This document shows positions 42,100 through 50,590 of a DNA stretch of 64,000 nt, one piece after another. The notes under the pieces are model-generated. The model saw only the letters and a program-made list of their open reading frames with translations, ran no database searches and had not been told where the DNA came from. How positions within the stretch are numbered: position 1 is the stretch's first letter; each line of letters starts with the position of its first letter. Origin of the DNA: an uncultured bacterium (GTDB taxonomy: Bacteria > Patescibacteriota > Minisyncoccia > Moranbacterales > UBA2206); assembly GCA_903841185.1 (NCBI GenBank), contig CAIMIV010000012.1, positions 86 through 64,085 on the forward strand, read 5' to 3'. The translations under genes were made by a program, and so were the position numbers.

Positions 42100-42657
42100 T
42101 TATGCATGACAATCTAATATTAAACTACAGCTAGTATGGGCATGCTCCTGTAATATTTTTTTAACCTGCTCTTTCCATGCAATAAATTCTTTATAATCAG
42201 GGCTTTCTGCATCTATATACATAAACGCTTGCGAGGCTCTTATGAATTGGTTATCGGGAGTAATGATAACATCCGGAAATCTATCATAAGAATCAATTAC
42301 CTTTAAAAAATCATCTGTTAATAGAAAATCAAAAACTTCATAGGCATCATAAAAATTATGTTTTTCCAAATCTTTTTCAATTTTGGCAACACCTTTTTCC
42401 ATTAATTCTTGCTTAAAAACAGACGATATCTGATAAATGCCGTTTTCATCAACGCCTGTTTCTGTTCCATAAATCTCAGAAATAGCAAAGGCCAGTTCTT
42501 GATTGCTGGGATTTGGAAATTCCTCCCCCATTAATGCACTGGTCAGTGTTATCATATCATCCGACACATACGCTTTTGATTGCTTTGAAAAATCCGCTCT
42601 TATAGCAGTGACCGCATCAGGAGCAATTCCTATGAGAGCAATGGTTGTAAATTTCAT
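42100..42657 (-). CDS. Hypothetical cytoplasmic protein
   Basis: 185-aa ORF. No recognised domain. Confidence 0.45.
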   Translation of the reverse strand: MKFTTIALIGIAPDAVTAIRADFSKQSKAYVSDDMITLTSALMGEEFPNPSNQELAFAISEIYGTETGVDENGIYQISSVFKQELMEKGVAKIEKDLEKHNFYDAYEVFDFLLTDDFLKVIDSYDRFPDVIITPDNQFIRASQAFMYIDAESPDYKEFIAWKEQVKKILQEHAHTSCSLILDCHA

Positions 42658-42702
42658 ATGATTTTATTGTTAAATTTATGTAAGTAACTGATTACGTAAT
42701 TA

Positions 42703-42734
42703 ACATTCTGGTATTCTGCAGAATGTCGGAGTGT
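42703..42734. repeat. Intergenic hairpin repeat R7 (short form)
   Basis: Exact core. The extended 5' flank 'TTATGTAAG.AAC.GA.TG' is shared with R10. Confidence 0.75.
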
Positions 42735-42810
42735 CAATGGAGAGTTGATTGGAGTGACTAGGGATATGCCGTGCCATTCGTCGACTGCGTATAAAAAATC
42801 AATTGCCGCC

Positions 42811-43470
42811 TTACTTGTTCAAGTTATTCCAGTGTTCTTCGTTGAAATCAGCCAAAGAATCAAGTACAAGATCCGCTATAGCAATCTTGGGGCTCTGTTT
42901 TATCGATTCATCCGGAACACAGACACATTTCATCCTGGCAGCCTTGGCTGACAACAGACCGTTAAAAGAATCTTCCCATGCCAAACATCTTTCAGGCGCA
43001 ATATCTAAAACTTTTGCAGTTGTAATATAAACGCCTGGGTGAGGTTTTCCATATTCTTCCATCTCCGCAGAATAAAGTTCATCAAAATATTTTTCGATAC
43101 CAAATTTTTGGACGACTGTTTTTATTAGAATCAATTGAGAAGAAGACGCAATTGCCATTTTGACATTCTTACCCTTCATAAATTCGAGTATTTCATAAAC
43201 ACCCTCTCTTGGCGTTCCTTTTTCAATCACCAATGAAATTACACCGGACATTATATCTTTAACTACTATGTCTCTATCTTGTATGTTGCCTGGAAATTTA
43301 TAATTCCAATGATCAACGACTTGATCAACCCTTAATCCCATTGTTTCCAAGCACATTTTATTATCCAATACTATGCCAACCTTCTTAAATGACCTTATTT
43401 CCGCTTCTTGCCATAGTGGTTCTGAATCAATTAATAAACCATCCATGTCAAATATTACCGCTTCAATCAT
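42811..43470 (-). CDS. HAD-superfamily hydrolase (beta-phosphoglucomutase / sugar-phosphatase subfamily)
   Basis: Motif I 'VIFDMDGLLIDSE'. Overall spacing of HAD motifs II-IV. 219 aa. Confidence 0.8.
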   Translation of the reverse strand: MIEAVIFDMDGLLIDSEPLWQEAEIRSFKKVGIVLDNKMCLETMGLRVDQVVDHWNYKFPGNIQDRDIVVKDIMSGVISLVIEKGTPREGVYEILEFMKGKNVKMAIASSSQLILIKTVVQKFGIEKYFDELYSAEMEEYGKPHPGVYITTAKVLDIAPERCLAWEDSFNGLLSAKAARMKCVCVPDESIKQSPKIAIADLVLDSLADFNEEHWNNLNK

Positions 43471-43532
43471 AAAATTATATTAAATTATTTACTTATATAT
43501 TTTACCATGTAATTTTTGTTAGTTCTAATAAA

Positions 43533-43592
43533 ACATTCTGGTATTCTGTTTACCCTGTAGCGCTATGCTTCTGGGGCAGAATGTCGGAGTGT
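43533..43592. repeat. Intergenic hairpin repeat R8 (long form + tail)
   Basis: Same core with the 28-nt insert. The tail is identical to R4. Confidence 0.75.
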
Positions 43593-43739
43593 CAGTTAAG
43601 GGTTAGTTGGAACGGCCAAGGCGTCCTGCCTGCCGGTAGGCAGGGATTTAGCCGATTCGTCGATTTTCAATTTCCAGTGAATGTAACAGGTATAGGATAT
43701 GAAAGCGCAGCGTCCCCTCGCGTATGACACAGGCAGGAA

Positions 43740-44285
43740 TTAGTATCTAAATTCTTTAATCCATTCATCAAACATTTTCGTTTTATTATTACCAAATTTT
43801 AATAATCCATTTCTAATCTTATTAAGACTTTTTTCTTTTGATAAAAATTCTTCATTTTTAGAAAAGAATTTGTCAGCAAAGCAGATAATTTGCTCCTCTA
43901 TTGAAATTGGAAGCATATCTCTTTTTGGTATTGGTAATTTTTGTCCTTCAATATCTTTTATTGAAATTCCTACGCCTACATGCCTTTCGCAAACTAATGC
44001 GTGTTTTGGAAAACCTTCTTTCTCCAATAGCTCTCTACCTAAATATCCATGACAGATATAGGGGTTTTCACCAAAACATTCAATTTCAGGAGCATTAGTT
44101 AAGAATATTCCAATATCATGTATCATTGAAGCTTCTTCTATGAATTTCAAATCAGGATTAAGATGAGGAACTTTTTTTGCAATTTCAATAGCTTTTTTAG
44201 TAACTGCGTTGCTGTGCTCTACTAAAAGTTGATAAGATTTAGAATCTATTTGGTAATACTTTTGAATTATTTTTAATGGATCCAT
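43740..44285 (-). CDS. HD-domain phosphohydrolase
   Basis: 'HSNAV...MIHDIG' H...HD motif. 181 aa. Confidence 0.65.
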   Translation of the reverse strand: MDPLKIIQKYYQIDSKSYQLLVEHSNAVTKKAIEIAKKVPHLNPDLKFIEEASMIHDIGIFLTNAPEIECFGENPYICHGYLGRELLEKEGFPKHALVCERHVGVGISIKDIEGQKLPIPKRDMLPISIEEQIICFADKFFSKNEEFLSKEKSLNKIRNGLLKFGNNKTKMFDEWIKEFRY

Positions 44286-44342
44286 ATTAAGAAAATATTT
44301 GATAAAATATATAAATTTAATGTCTGCCGAGTAATATGTCGT

Positions 44343-44495
44343 AAATTATCTAGTCGTTGAGTTCATAGTAGACGCCGGTGCCGGTTTGTCCGACTTGGCG
44401 GACTTTGAGTTCTTTTTCCAGTTCGTCCAGATAGTTGGTGACGCTGGAATCAGACACGCCCAAGAGTTTTTCGATTTCGTTGTTGGTGGCTTTGC
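44343..44495 (-). pseudogene. Second copy of the mini winged-HTH unit, with no in-frame ATG (degraded or alternative start)
   Basis: About 90% identical to 36999-37157 (…NNEIEKLLGVSDSSVTNYLDELEKELKVRQ..TGTGVYYELND*). A TAA stop lies upstream in frame. Confidence 0.4.
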
Positions 44496-44537
44496 CGTTA
44501 TATTATCCTAGTTATATCAAGAATATTTCTGGAAATG

Positions 44538-44569
44538 ACATTCTGGTATTCTGCAGAATGTCGGAGTGT
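44538..44569. repeat. Intergenic hairpin repeat R9 (short form)
   Basis: Exact core. Confidence 0.75.
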
Positions 44570-44791
44570 TAGATGGGTATGTTTACTTTTATTTTTTCTT
44601 AGATTTTTTAATATTTTTTTCGAGTGACTTGAAACCCTTTTTTATAACTACGGCGATTATAATTCCAGCTAGGGTAAAGATCCAAATGCTAGGAGTGAAG
44701 AATCCTCCGAAAAATGCTTTAAAAATTACTACTGGGTCTCCATACATGGGTTTATTTTAAGATTTATGTAAGCAACCGACTGTTGTAATTA

Positions 44792-44822
44792 ACATTCTTG
44801 AATTCTGCAGAATGTCGGAGTG
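44792..44822. repeat. Intergenic hairpin repeat R10 (short form, 2 mismatches)
   Basis: ACATTCTTGAATTCTGCAGAATGTCGGAGTGT. Confidence 0.7.
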
Positions 44823-44873
44823 TTGTTTTGAGTGAGGATTTTAGTGCAAGTAATTGATTTCATTAATTTTTTA

Positions 44874-45491
44874 TTAGGATAAGTTTATTGTTATATTATT
44901 TCTATATCTGTTCTCATCAAACTCATTTATATCTGATGGGAACAATAAGCGCGAGTAACCATTTTTATTGTCCAATAGGGAGAAAAAGAAAATCATCTTA
45001 AAACAATGCCCTTCCTTATTTAGAAGATACTGCAAATGTTGAATTACTAACTCACTAAGGTTAAATTTAAAGTCAGTTGCATAAAGTAGCAAAGATAGTG
45101 GCAGTTTTTTATTCCCGTATTTTACTGATTTACTTTTTATTTTTTTAAGGATACTTCTGCTAAACTCAATATCATTACATTGGTTATTTACCAAGGAATA
45201 ACCATTCTTGTCTAAAATTGCAATTTCCATGAGATCAATGTCATTTTTCCCAAATATTGTTTCAACAGAAAAATCAAAATCATTTTGTTCATTTTGAACA
45301 AATGATATGAATTTAAACGGGGCGTCTTGATTATTTGTATTTTCAACGAATCTCTCCATAATGAAAACTTCGATCTCCTCTTTTGAATCTGGAAAAATAG
45401 TCTTTTTAAAAGAAATATCCTTTGGTGAAATTCTCATAAAACCACTTGTGCCTGTTGGTTTTTTCATAAATTTATTTCTCATACACATCAT
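44874..45491 (-). CDS. Hypothetical protein
   Basis: 205-aa ORF. No recognised domain. Lies at the distal end of the R-M-linked gene string. Confidence 0.45.
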   Translation of the reverse strand: MMCMRNKFMKKPTGTSGFMRISPKDISFKKTIFPDSKEEIEVFIMERFVENTNNQDAPFKFISFVQNEQNDFDFSVETIFGKNDIDLMEIAILDKNGYSLVNNQCNDIEFSRSILKKIKSKSVKYGNKKLPLSLLLYATDFKFNLSELVIQHLQYLLNKEGHCFKMIFFFSLLDNKNGYSRLLFPSDINEFDENRYRNNITINLS

Positions 45492-45578
45492 TTAACGCCG
45501 CCCACATAAACATAATAAAAACTTTTGCTCCTGGGAATTTTTTTGAAGTTTGAATATTTGAATATACTCATGAATGTG

Positions 45579-46406
45579 CTAAATAGCTACAACTTCTTTC
45601 TGAAAGTTGTTATGTTTTTTCAACTTCTCCCTCATTCCTTTATAAAAAGAAGTAAACATTAGTACAGCTTCAGAAAGTGACCTATGGTTATATTCTTGCT
45701 TACTAAAAATACTATTATTCCTAAGTCCCAAGGTAATAACAAGCGGTTCTTCTTTTCCAATTCTCAATGATGGAGACTCTCCATTTATCAATGAATGTTT
45801 ATATGCATTTGATGCTTCATTTAAAAAAGAAAGAAAAGCCACATCATTATCATCGTATTCATCTTTAAAGGGATGTCCTTCTGCCAGTTTAAATAATCTT
45901 CCGATCGAATCAATTTCAATTTTGTCCGGATATACTCCGTTATTTTCAAATTCGGCTAAAATCCAATGAATTGAAATTAATCGATCTGTGATACGACGCA
46001 TCCAATAAATTATTTCTTCAACTGTTTTTTGATGCCCAAGAACCCCATTATAATACATGCCAGTCGCGTAAAGTTTATAGCATTCCACGATACGACTATT
46101 TAAATATTCAATATCCTTTATGATATTTAGAAATATGAGCTGTAAATTACCGAAGGTCATATCTGAATCTAAGTTTATAGAATGCATAATATGATCAGCT
46201 CTAAATATATAAGTTCCATATAGTGGATTCGCTACATCGAAACTTAGGGGAATTTTAAGTATAGGAAATCCAAAAAATTGAAAATCAGACTTTGTAATGA
46301 GCGTATTGATGCCACAGTCCGCACAATAACCCCCTATTAGTTTTTTTCCACACTTGCCGCAATATGTAATATCCATAAAATTAAGATTATAAATCCTATG
46401 ACTCAA
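45579..46406 (-). CDS. Hypothetical protein with N-terminal CxxC...CxxC zinc ribbon, translationally coupled to hsdS
   Basis: 'YCGKCGKKLIGGYCADCG'. Its start overlaps the hsdS stop by 11 nt. Confidence 0.5.
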   Translation of the reverse strand: MSHRIYNLNFMDITYCGKCGKKLIGGYCADCGINTLITKSDFQFFGFPILKIPLSFDVANPLYGTYIFRADHIMHSINLDSDMTFGNLQLIFLNIIKDIEYLNSRIVECYKLYATGMYYNGVLGHQKTVEEIIYWMRRITDRLISIHWILAEFENNGVYPDKIEIDSIGRLFKLAEGHPFKDEYDDNDVAFLSFLNEASNAYKHSLINGESPSLRIGKEEPLVITLGLRNNSIFSKQEYNHRSLSEAVLMFTSFYKGMREKLKKHNNFQKEVVAI

Positions 46407-47706
46407 ACGCCTCCCTCAGCACCGACTGCATCAGACTGTCGGCGGTTTTTTTGTTTTGGGAAATTTCCGCTTCCAGCTTGTCCAGTTCTTGCATCAAGGT
46501 CTCAACTTTTTCCACAATAACTTTTTGTTCGGAGAGTGGAGGTAAGGGAAATAATAATAAATTTATGATACCTAGATTTATATTTTTTTGAGCTGTGGCT
46601 GGAGCAAAATCAGATATATTCTTTTTACTGACCTCAAAAAAATATTGAACATACTTAGAAATTGATAAGTCCAATAAAGAATCGAAACCTACTACACTAT
46701 CTGGAAAACACGCTTTCATTTTTAAAAAACCAGTCTCCGCAATATTGGCCGCAATGGTTATACATAGTGTATTTTCCTCCCACAATCTACTTTGTTTTAA
46801 ACCTATCTCATTATAATATTTATTGCAACTTTTGATTTGAAAATTATTACTTTTGGACCTAGCAACATCTCCCGTTTGCACAAATGGAATGTTTCCCTTT
46901 TTAAACAACCTCTCATCATTTCTCGGTCTATGTTTCGACTTTCCTCTTTCAAATAATCCCACATCGCCCAATCGACACCATTCCCACTCTTTTGGCAATT
47001 CAAATGGAATTTCTTTCTCTGAAATTTCTGGCAAATGTTTTTCTTTTTTTATCTTTTTCTCCGCAATTAGTTTTTCTTTTTCGGCTTTTATTTTTTTCAA
47101 AAGTTCGCTCGCCGGTTCAACATTGGGATTTTTTTTGCGCCAATCAACCGTCAGTTTTCCCTCAATCGAATCTTGCAGAATTGCTTGACGAAGCTTTTGA
47201 ATGATTATCTTTTGCCCACTCAATTCAACTTCAAGAGATTTTTTTTGTCTAGACAATATTTCTTCAAGTTTTATTATTTCCAATTGCTTGTCATATGCAG
47301 GAATTATAATTTCAACAGTTTTTATGCTTGATATAGACAATGAAACATTGGCCGCTCCCCTCATCAATGATACAAGCAGTTCATCCTTAAAATATGACAA
47401 ATAAATATGCAAATATTTAGGATGTAAATATTTTTCATCCTTTGGAATAATTGCCGCCAAAATGCTACCCAGGGCAAATTTACCTTCTTGATAATGCACA
47501 CGCTTCATACTTGCATGTCCATGTCCTGTCGAAGAAACCAGCTGAACAATTACAGCATTGCAATCAAATTGGTATTCCTCATGCAATGCCCGTTCTGTCG
47601 CCAGTGTGACCATTGGATATTTTCCTGGAACCGCTTTCATTATTCCAGTTGATCCTTTCACAACATCACAAACATCGCCTATTTTTATTTTTTTCACTTC
47701 TTTCAT
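46396..47706 (-). CDS. hsdS: Type I restriction-modification specificity subunit HsdS
   Basis: Two target-recognition-domain halves separated by conserved coiled-coil spacers (…LPPLSEQKVIVEKVETLMQELDKLE…). 4-nt overlap with hsdM. Confidence 0.85.
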   Translation of the reverse strand: MKEVKKIKIGDVCDVVKGSTGIMKAVPGKYPMVTLATERALHEEYQFDCNAVIVQLVSSTGHGHASMKRVHYQEGKFALGSILAAIIPKDEKYLHPKYLHIYLSYFKDELLVSLMRGAANVSLSISSIKTVEIIIPAYDKQLEIIKLEEILSRQKKSLEVELSGQKIIIQKLRQAILQDSIEGKLTVDWRKKNPNVEPASELLKKIKAEKEKLIAEKKIKKEKHLPEISEKEIPFELPKEWEWCRLGDVGLFERGKSKHRPRNDERLFKKGNIPFVQTGDVARSKSNNFQIKSCNKYYNEIGLKQSRLWEENTLCITIAANIAETGFLKMKACFPDSVVGFDSLLDLSISKYVQYFFEVSKKNISDFAPATAQKNINLGIINLLLFPLPPLSEQKVIVEKVETLMQELDKLEAEISQNKKTADSLMQSVLREAFES

Positions 47707-49133
47707 AATTCTTTCTTCAATTCAGTTAAAATCTTCTTGCTCTCAGAAAAAGAAGTCTCCAACATTTCAAGAAGTTCTTTGGTTGAATATTCTGCCTCCT
47801 CATCCTTTTTCGTTGGATTCTTGATGTCCAAATCCCAACCTCGTTTTTCTATTTCTTTGATAGAAACTTTCCATGCCACTTCACTTTCTGTGCGTTTTTT
47901 CCACCACGCTTTGATTGGGTCAAATTCAGAAAGTTTAATATGTTTGGTTTTGGAATATGATTTTTGTCCTTCCGGCAAACGGTGCTCATAAAACCAAACT
48001 TCTTTAGTCTTTGAGCCTTTTTTGAAAAATAATAAATTTGTGGCTACTGTTGCATATGGTGCAAAGACAGAATTTGGCAGACGGACAATTGTGTGCAAAT
48101 TACATTCTTCCAGCCATTTTTGACGAATGCGCGATTTCAATCCATCCCCCGTCAAAGATCCATCCGGCAAAACAATTCCCGCCTGTCCGTTCGGTTTCAA
48201 AAGTTTCATGAACAAAACCAAAAACAAATCAGCCGTTTCCTTAGTGCGAAGACCTGATGGAAAATTGGCCAAAATGCCGTCTTGCACCGATCCGCCGAAA
48301 GGAGGATTGGCCACAATTGCATCCACTCTTTCCGCAGGAGAAATGTCCTTAATGGGTCGCGCCAATGAATCACCGCGACGGATGTTGGTCGGCGCTTTGA
48401 TGCCATGCAAAAGCATATTAGTGATGCAAAGCATATGCGGTAACGGTTTCAGCTCATTTCCTGTGACAGTTTTCTTGATGAGCGCCTCATCTTCAGCTGT
48501 GTGCACTTCATTTTTTCGCAAATGCTCGATGACGGAAGTCAAGAATCCCCCCGTTCCGCAAGCCGGATCAAGAACTGTCTGGCCCAGTTTCGGATCAACC
48601 ATCTCAACGATGAATTGCGTCAATGCCCTTGGGGTGTAGAATTCTCCGGCATTGCCTGCGCTTTGCAAGCTCAAAAGAAGCGTTTCATAGATGTCTCCAA
48701 ATTGATCCCGATCGGCCTTTCGGTTGAAGTTCATCTCATTGAGCTTGTTGATGACTTTGCGAATCAAAGTGCCGTTTTTCATGTAGTTGAAGCTATCCTC
48801 AAAAACCGATTTCACGATATATCCTTCCGGATTTTTTTTGACATCAGCCTCAAGAGTTTTGAGCGCTGGAAAAAGATCATCATTGATGAGTTTCAATAGT
48901 GCGTCCCCTGTGATTCCCTCCGGATTTTTCGCCCAATTCCTCCAGCGAAGTTTTTCCTCAATAGGAGATTTATATTTAGGACTCAAAAGTTCAGTCTCGC
49001 TTTCCTGTTCATCAAAAATCTTCAAAAAAAGCATCCAGCCAATTTGTGACAATCGCTGAGCATCACCATCCACTCCATGATCCTCCCGCATTATATTCTG
49101 TATTGATTTTACTATTCCTGTTATGTTTGACAT
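47703..49133 (-). CDS. hsdM: Type I R-M N6-adenine DNA methyltransferase HsdM
   Basis: N-terminal HsdM_N region, AdoMet motif 'VLDPACGTGGFL', and catalytic 'NPPFG'. Confidence 0.9.
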   Translation of the reverse strand: MSNITGIVKSIQNIMREDHGVDGDAQRLSQIGWMLFLKIFDEQESETELLSPKYKSPIEEKLRWRNWAKNPEGITGDALLKLINDDLFPALKTLEADVKKNPEGYIVKSVFEDSFNYMKNGTLIRKVINKLNEMNFNRKADRDQFGDIYETLLLSLQSAGNAGEFYTPRALTQFIVEMVDPKLGQTVLDPACGTGGFLTSVIEHLRKNEVHTAEDEALIKKTVTGNELKPLPHMLCITNMLLHGIKAPTNIRRGDSLARPIKDISPAERVDAIVANPPFGGSVQDGILANFPSGLRTKETADLFLVLFMKLLKPNGQAGIVLPDGSLTGDGLKSRIRQKWLEECNLHTIVRLPNSVFAPYATVATNLLFFKKGSKTKEVWFYEHRLPEGQKSYSKTKHIKLSEFDPIKAWWKKRTESEVAWKVSIKEIEKRGWDLDIKNPTKKDEEAEYSTKELLEMLETSFSESKKILTELKKEL

Positions 49134-49175
49134 ATAATTTCTTTAAATTAAGCTAATTTATTTTTTTTAAACTTG

Positions 49176-50075
49176 TTAGACAGGTACTTTTATTTCAGAA
49201 GAACTAACTTCCGTTCCCTCTACCTTGGGATTAAATTGTATATCCTTATAATTTTCGCATTTAAACATTAAATACGCGTTTAGAGCATCCAAATCCAATT
49301 GGCCTTTTTCAATATCAGAAGGATGTATGCAAATAATTAATTTCTCACAAATAGTACTATGTTTAGAGGCGTCAATAAATGTATCAATTATTTGTTTTAC
49401 GACTGTATCTCTCGTGAGACTTGAATTTCTACCATGTTGAGTATTAATCAATGGTATAATTATATTTTCATCTCTGGCTGCATCCATAGCTAAATAATCC
49501 CACATGCCATTCAATGCCATCATAAAATCATCTATTGTGGAAGATGGTCTATTATTTTCATTTCGCTTAGAATTCACTAGTAAATAAAATTTCCTTTTAT
49601 TTTGTTCAATTTCAACTACCGTTCCTGAGGAATAAGGAATTTTTTGTAAATCTATCTTATTACAAATATCATTTTTTAGATGTTCTTCATTTGAAAAATA
49701 ATAATCATCTATTAATTTACATTGAATACTCTTAGCTTTTAAAACATTTCCACCCAAAGAAACATCAAAATGATCATTGATTGGTACTATCAATGATCCA
49801 TTTTCCTCAAACGCATCTCCAATTTTGATTCCTATTTTAACATCCTTATTTCTAATTCTACTAATAAAAAAAGATTTGGGATAATTCTTAAAAATTCCAT
49901 AAGTTACACTCGCACCCAGAAGATAACAAAAAAAACTGCCATTCTTTATTTGATCTGAGGTAGTGGAAAAAAAATAACTTATCAATTCCACGAATAACCA
50001 AAAAAAACCGATACCAACAAGTATGTCATTAATTATCAACTTCCAATTTTTAAACCAGCGACTCATTATATTCAT
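49176..50075 (-). CDS. ThsA-like protein: two N-terminal TM helices + Macro domain
   Basis: The Macro pattern is visible: 'IKIGDAFEENGSLIVPINDHFDVSLGGNVLKA' (cf. GDIT..DAIVNAAN..L.GGGV.GAI), 'GTVVEIEQNKRKFYLLVN', and 'IIIPLINTQHG'. Start overlaps the stop of the TIR-like gene (ATGA). Confidence 0.55.
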   Translation of the reverse strand: MNIMSRWFKNWKLIINDILVGIGFFWLFVELISYFFSTTSDQIKNGSFFCYLLGASVTYGIFKNYPKSFFISRIRNKDVKIGIKIGDAFEENGSLIVPINDHFDVSLGGNVLKAKSIQCKLIDDYYFSNEEHLKNDICNKIDLQKIPYSSGTVVEIEQNKRKFYLLVNSKRNENNRPSSTIDDFMMALNGMWDYLAMDAARDENIIIPLINTQHGRNSSLTRDTVVKQIIDTFIDASKHSTICEKLIICIHPSDIEKGQLDLDALNAYLMFKCENYKDIQFNPKVEGTEVSSSEIKVPV

Positions 50076-50572
50076 AATCCGAATTTTTTATATATTGAAT
50101 CATTATAATGATAATCTCCTTCCTTTCCTTCCCTGCGAAGCTTTTCATGATTCGCATACCAATTGCTAATTGCATGTTCTATTATTTTCTGATTGAAACT
50201 AACGTGTACAGAGAGCTCTCCATTCAAAATAGAGGGGCATAGATCAATATTCCGGCTTCTTTTACCATTAATATTAACAACTATGATCGGTAAATTTCTA
50301 TTCAATGCTTGTTCAATTTCCCACCTAACAAATTTATATAAATATTTAGTATTGTCGCCAACTAGAAGTATGAACACATTAGTACTTCGCATCCTTTCCT
50401 GTAAATTTCTCTTAATATTCTCCTCTGTATGAACCCTTATATTATTTAGATCATGTGCATCATAAAAATTAAATGAAGTGTTATCATTTTTCTTCCATGC
50501 CTGCATAAGCCAATAGTAACGAATATCATTATCTGCATCAAATGCTACATATGTTTTATTTGCGTAGGACAT
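50072..50572 (-). CDS. ThsB-like TIR-like domain protein (DUF1863 / MTH538 family)
   Basis: 'KTYVAFDADNDIRYYW...FNFYDAHDL...STNVFILLVGDNTKYLYKFVRWEIEQALNRNLPIIVVNING' matches the DUF1863 consensus (VFISF..D…W…FD.S…S.V.IVLIG..T..S.WV.WEI…..IIGV.I). Confidence 0.65.
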   Translation of the reverse strand: MSYANKTYVAFDADNDIRYYWLMQAWKKNDNTSFNFYDAHDLNNIRVHTEENIKRNLQERMRSTNVFILLVGDNTKYLYKFVRWEIEQALNRNLPIIVVNINGKRSRNIDLCPSILNGELSVHVSFNQKIIEHAISNWYANHEKLRREGKEGDYHYNDSIYKKFGL

Positions 50573-50590
50573 ACTATTCTTATGAAATAA

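Noticed and set aside
35087-44860. Considered calling the repeat-punctuated array a CRISPR array or a bona fide integron
   Set aside because: It is not CRISPR: the spacers are whole genes, repeat spacing is irregular at 0.3-1.4 kb, and there are no cas genes. It is not called an integron because no intI integrase or attI site is present in the window, and the repeats are 32-60 bp, below the usual attC length. It is reported only as cassette-like or attC/MITE-like.
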